DNA of 64,000 bases, taken from positions 2,016,001 to 2,080,000 of the forward strand of contig CBDCJH010000002.1 in NCBI GenBank assembly GCA_965217775.1, given 5' to 3'. Positions 60,252 to 64,000 of this stretch are shown here, piece by piece (position 1 is the stretch's first letter; every line of letters begins with the position of its first letter). Position numbers and translations under genes: made by a program. Under the pieces are notes generated by a model. The model saw only the letters and a list, made by a program, of their open reading frames with translations. It made no database searches and was not told where the DNA came from. Origin of the DNA: Acidobacteriota bacterium. Lineage in GTDB: Bacteria > Acidobacteriota > UBA6911 > RPQK01 > JAJDTT01.

Positions 60252-63200
60252 TTGACATTGGCTGAACGGTGGCAATGCTTCTGGAGAACCGAGAGCCGGG
60301 ATTGCGCCTCCTCCCGGCCTGATTCCCACCCTTCTTTCGTCGCGCCCGCCTGGCCTCGGCACTCTGAGACTCCCCGCCCGCAAGACCGCTCCTGCAGCTC
60401 GGACCCTCGGTCCCGAGGACGCCTCACTCACTCTGCATCGACCTTCTCCCACCGCCTGGCGGCGGGCCTGCTGGCCGCGTTGGCCCTAACCGCCCCCGCT
60501 ATTGCCCAGGACGGTGCCGACCCCACGTGTCCAGGCGGGGGTTATAACCCGACGCCGACGGAGGTAGCAGTGACGGCGGTGCCCATCGTGGTCGAGTCCA
60601 CGACGGAGGAGTACTTCGTGCTCTATGTGAAGCACGATGTCGATGGCACGGAAGTGGAGATTCCGGTGGCGGTGACGTTGGGTGAAGCGGACACGACCAC
60701 GCTGGCCGAGAACGTGGAGGCCCTGCCCGCCGAGCGCTACCGGGTGGAGAAGTACCTTGTGGCCGACCCGGCCGACGTGGACGGCGACTGCATCGACGAC
60801 CTCACCGAACTGGCAGACCCGGTGGGCCTGAACCCGGTGAACCCTGCCGCGGCCATCCCACGCAGAGACGGGGTCGTCGCCATTCCCGATCTGGCAACAT
60901 TCGAGGCGATCTCCTTCGGCGGGTACCTCCCCAAGTTCGTTCTGCTCGGCATGAACACCGCCAGCCCGCGTCTCTACTTCATGAACACGAGAACCACTTT
61001 GATTCATGAAGAGTTCATGAATGCCGTCGGCATCGAATTGGGACAGGAGGGGATGATCGAAGGCAGTCTCATGAGTCGCGGGGATCTCGTTGCCCCCGAT
61101 GGCAGTCTGGGAGCCTACTGCTATTGGTGGCGACCTCGCCAGCACCCGTACTCCTTCAACGTCGTGGCGCGCGCCCATACGCTGCTTGCCGCCAGCATGC
61201 CGCTGCTCGAGGACGACTTGGTGTTTTACATATCGAACGACGCTCTTTCGCATGCTCAATCCGACTTGCCATTGTACAGGGAGTCCCGAATCCACCTCGT
61301 GTTCGACGACGAGTTCTTCCCCGAAACCGGTTTTCTGGCGTTGAATCCGGGGGAGGGGTACGGCCGGCTACGGGTCATGGACCCGGACGAGCGGCCTCAC
61401 CCGCGCGACATCGTGATCTACGAGGCACTGCCCAACGAGCTGCCCCGCGTGGCCGGCATCATCTCCACCGTGCCCCAGACGCCGCTGTCTCATGTCAACC
61501 TGCGCGCCGTGCAGAACGGCATCCCCAACGCCTTCATCCGCGATGCCCTCGACAACGACGAAATCGACGCTCTCCTCGGCAGCTACGTCCGCTACGAGGT
61601 GACCGAGGACGGCTGGGAGCTGCGCGCTGCCTCCCCCGAGGAAGTCGACTCGCACTACGAGTCTTCCCGCCCCGCCCAAGCGCAGACCCCGGAGCGGGAC
61701 CTCTCGTTCACCGGGATCACGCCCCTCAGCGAGATCGGTTTCGAGAACTGGAGGGCATTCGGCGTCAAGGCGGCCAACGTGGCGGTGCTGGGGACCCTGC
61801 GTTTCCCGGACGGGACCGTGCCCGACGGTTTTGCCGTGCCGTTCTACTTCTACGACGAGTTCATGAAGGCCAACGGGCTCTATGACGAGATCGAAGAGAT
61901 GCTGGCCGACCCCGCTTTCCAAACCGAATTCGATGAGCAGGAGGACGATCTCAAGGATCTGCGCAAGGCTATCAAGGATGCGGAGACGCCGCAGTGGATC
62001 ACCGACGCGCTGACCGCGATGCATGCGACGTACCCCGAAGGGCAATCGCTGCGCTACCGCTCCAGCACCAACAACGAGGACCTGCCCGGGTTCAACGGCG
62101 CGGGCCTGTACGACTCCAAGACCCAGAAGCCGGACGAGACCGAGAAGGACGGCATCGACAAATCGCTCAAGCAGGTGTATGCCAGCCTCTGGAACTTCCG
62201 GGCCTTCAGCGAACGGGAGTTCCATCGCATCGACCACCTGGCGGCGGCGATGGGAGTGCTGGTGCATCCCAACTACACCGACGAGTTGGCCAACGGCGTG
62301 GCTGTCAGCTTCGATCTTATCTACGGCCGAGAGGGACGCTACTACGTCAACACGCAGGTCGGCGAGGACCTGGTCACCAATCCCGAAGCGCACTCGGTAC
62401 CGGAGGAAATCCTGTTGGACGAGTACGGTTTTCATATCGTTCTTGCCACTTCCAACCAGGTCGAGCCGGGGGAACTTCTCCTGAGCGACGACCAAGTGAA
62501 TCAGTTGCGCCGGCATCTTGAAGTGATCCATGACCACTTCGAGACACTGTACAACCCTGCACCCGAGGAACCGTTCGCCATGGAGATCGAGTTCAAGATC
62601 ACCAGCGCCAACATCCTGGCGATCAAGCAGGCTCGCCCCTGGGTCTTCGACACCGCCTCGTCAACGGATATGGATGAGACCGCACCGAGGTTCTCTTCCG
62701 CGGTGGTGAACGGGGCGACGCTGACGCTGGTCTACAGCGAGCCGCTGGATTCGTCTTCGGTACCTGGGAACGACGCCTTCACCGTGACCGGAGGCAACCG
62801 GACGCGCAGGGTCACCCGAGTCCGGGTGAGCGGGCGCTCGGTGGAGCTGACGCTGGATCCGGCGGTGGAGGACGGGGAAACGAACCTCCGAGTAAGCTAC
62901 GCGGTCCCAACGGGGACGGGAGCGACTCCGATTCAGGACGCGGCGGGCAACGACGCGGCCGGACTGAGCGCCGAGCCGGTGACGAACGAAACGGCGGACA
63001 CGACTCCACCGGCCGTGAGCCAGTTGGAGATCACGTCGGACGCGGGATCGGATGCGACCTACGCGATCGAGGATGACATCGAGCTGACCGTGACCTTCAG
63101 CGAGGACGTCCTGGTGACGGGGAGGCCGCAGTTGACGCTGAGAGTGGGGGACCAGGACCGAACGGCGGACTACGAAAGCGTCACCGACGCGGAGGTGCTG

Positions 63201-64000
63201 TTCCGCTACCGGGTGGACAGGGGTGACATCGACACCAACGGAGTGAGCATCGCGGCGGACAGCCTGTCGCTCAATGGAGGAACCATCGAGGACGGCTCGG
63301 ACAACGAGGCCGACCTGGATCATCGCGCGCTGCGAAACCAATCGCGGCACAAGGTGGAGGGCATCAAACCGGAGTTGGCCGCCACCCGCGGAGCAGTCGT
63401 GAACGGAGCGCTGTTGACGCTGACCTATACCGAGACTCTGGACTCGGCGTCAACGCCGCCGTCCAGCGCCTTCTTCGTGTCGGGGGGCTCTTCGTCGCGA
63501 ACCGTTTCCGGAGTCGCATTGAGCGGGAGTACGGTGAAACTCACTCTCTCCTCCGCAGTGGCGCACTGGGAGACGGGGATCCGGGTGAGCTACACGGTCC
63601 CGGCCGGGATGGCGGCGGCCCCGATTCAAGACCGGGTCGGCAACAACGCAGACGGACTGAGCAGCGAGCCGGTGACGAACGAGACACCGGATCGCATCCC
63701 TCCGACGGTCACCTCGGTGGAGATCACTTCGGATCCTGCGGACGGCCGGGACGTCTATGGCATCGGCGAGGAGATCGAGGTCACGGTGACCTTCAGCGAG
63801 ACCGTCATCGTGTCCGGGACCCCGCGGGTGACGTTGAAGGTGGGGGAGCGGAATCGATCGGCGAACTACGAGAGTGTCGCGGGGGCCCTGGTGGCATTTG
63901 CCTACACGGTGGCCGTCAATGACAGCGACACCGACGGTGTGAGCATCGAGGCCGGCAGCCTGTCCGGCGGGACGATCCGGGATACCGCCAGGAACCATGC
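60252..64000 (+). CDS. Giant surface protein: PEP-utiliser His domain plus PPDK-type ATP-grasp domain plus SwmB/Ig-like repeats (3'-truncated by the window; start uncertain)
   Basis: Manual translation, frame checked at several points: LAAGLLAALALTAPAIAQD; TPLSHVNLRA; GVKAAN, VPDGFAVP, RSSTNNED...GAGLY, EIEFK...IKQARP; VNGATLTLVYSEPLD repeats. Confidence 0.8.
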   Translation, partial: MTLAERWQCFWRTESRDCASSRPDSHPSFVAPAWPRHSETPRPQDRSCSSDPRSRGRLTHSASTFSHRLAAGLLAALALTAPAIAQDGADPTCPGGGYNPTPTEVAVTAVPIVVESTTEEYFVLYVKHDVDGTEVEIPVAVTLGEADTTTLAENVEALPAERYRVEKYLVADPADVDGDCIDDLTELADPVGLNPVNPAAAIPRRDGVVAIPDLATFEAISFGGYLPKFVLLGMNTASPRLYFMNTRTTLIHEEFMNAVGIELGQEGMIEGSLMSRGDLVAPDGSLGAYCYWWRPRQHPYSFNVVARAHTLLAASMPLLEDDLVFYISNDALSHAQSDLPLYRESRIHLVFDDEFFPETGFLALNPGEGYGRLRVMDPDERPHPRDIVIYEALPNELPRVAGIISTVPQTPLSHVNLRAVQNGIPNAFIRDALDNDEIDALLGSYVRYEVTEDGWELRAASPEEVDSHYESSRPAQAQTPERDLSFTGITPLSEIGFENWRAFGVKAANVAVLGTLRFPDGTVPDGFAVPFYFYDEFMKANGLYDEIEEMLADPAFQTEFDEQEDDLKDLRKAIKDAETPQWITDALTAMHATYPEGQSLRYRSSTNNEDLPGFNGAGLYDSKTQKPDETEKDGIDKSLKQVYASLWNFRAFSEREFHRIDHLAAAMGVLVHPNYTDELANGVAVSFDLIYGREGRYYVNTQVGEDLVTNPEAHSVPEEILLDEYGFHIVLATSNQVEPGELLLSDDQVNQLRRHLEVIHDHFETLYNPAPEEPFAMEIEFKITSANILAIKQARPWVFDTASSTDMDETAPRFSSAVVNGATLTLVYSEPLDSSSVPGNDAFTVTGGNRTRRVTRVRVSGRSVELTLDPAVEDGETNLRVSYAVPTGTGATPIQDAAGNDAAGLSAEPVTNETADTTPPAVSQLEITSDAGSDATYAIEDDIELTVTFSEDVLVTGRPQLTLRVGDQDRTADYESVTDAEVLFRYRVDRGDIDTNGVSIAADSLSLNGGTIEDGSDNEADLDHRALRNQSRHKVEGIKPELAATRGAVVNGALLTLTYTETLDSASTPPSSAFFVSGGSSSRTVSGVALSGSTVKLTLSSAVAHWETGIRVSYTVPAGMAAAPIQDRVGNNADGLSSEPVTNETPDRIPPTVTSVEITSDPADGRDVYGIGEEIEVTVTFSETVIVSGTPRVTLKVGERNRSANYESVAGALVAFAYTVAVNDSDTDGVSIEAGSLSGGTIRDTARNH

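Overview
High-GC bacterial chromosome segment. The TonB-receptor remnant, GWxTD-type fragment, PQQ and FG-GAP propellers and giant SwmB-repeat protein suggest Acidobacteriota, possibly host-associated; this is inference. Most of the window is housekeeping or metabolic: ehuBCD, a partial ebo cluster, sppA, panBC, queF, ispH, hemH, ilvD, oprP-pstSCAB-phoU and polB. Four accessory elements stand out. (1) A translationally coupled HerA-like ATPase / NurA-like nuclease / SPPY-type DNA methyltransferase operon (52080-56709) is a candidate restriction-modification-like defence system. (2) A tnpB with intact catalytic motifs sits inside a 1243-bp element with about 21-bp terminal inverted repeats and an 8-bp target-site duplication (5652-6894), which are DDE/IS1595-like ends rather than IS200/IS605 ends. 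(3) A giant, apparently exported protein fuses PEP-utilising His and ATP-grasp domains to SwmB/Ig-like repeats (about 60252 to the window end). (4) An inverted MITE pair brackets eboE-eboC. A type I hsdR runs off the left edge. All calls come from motif recognition by eye; no searches were run.
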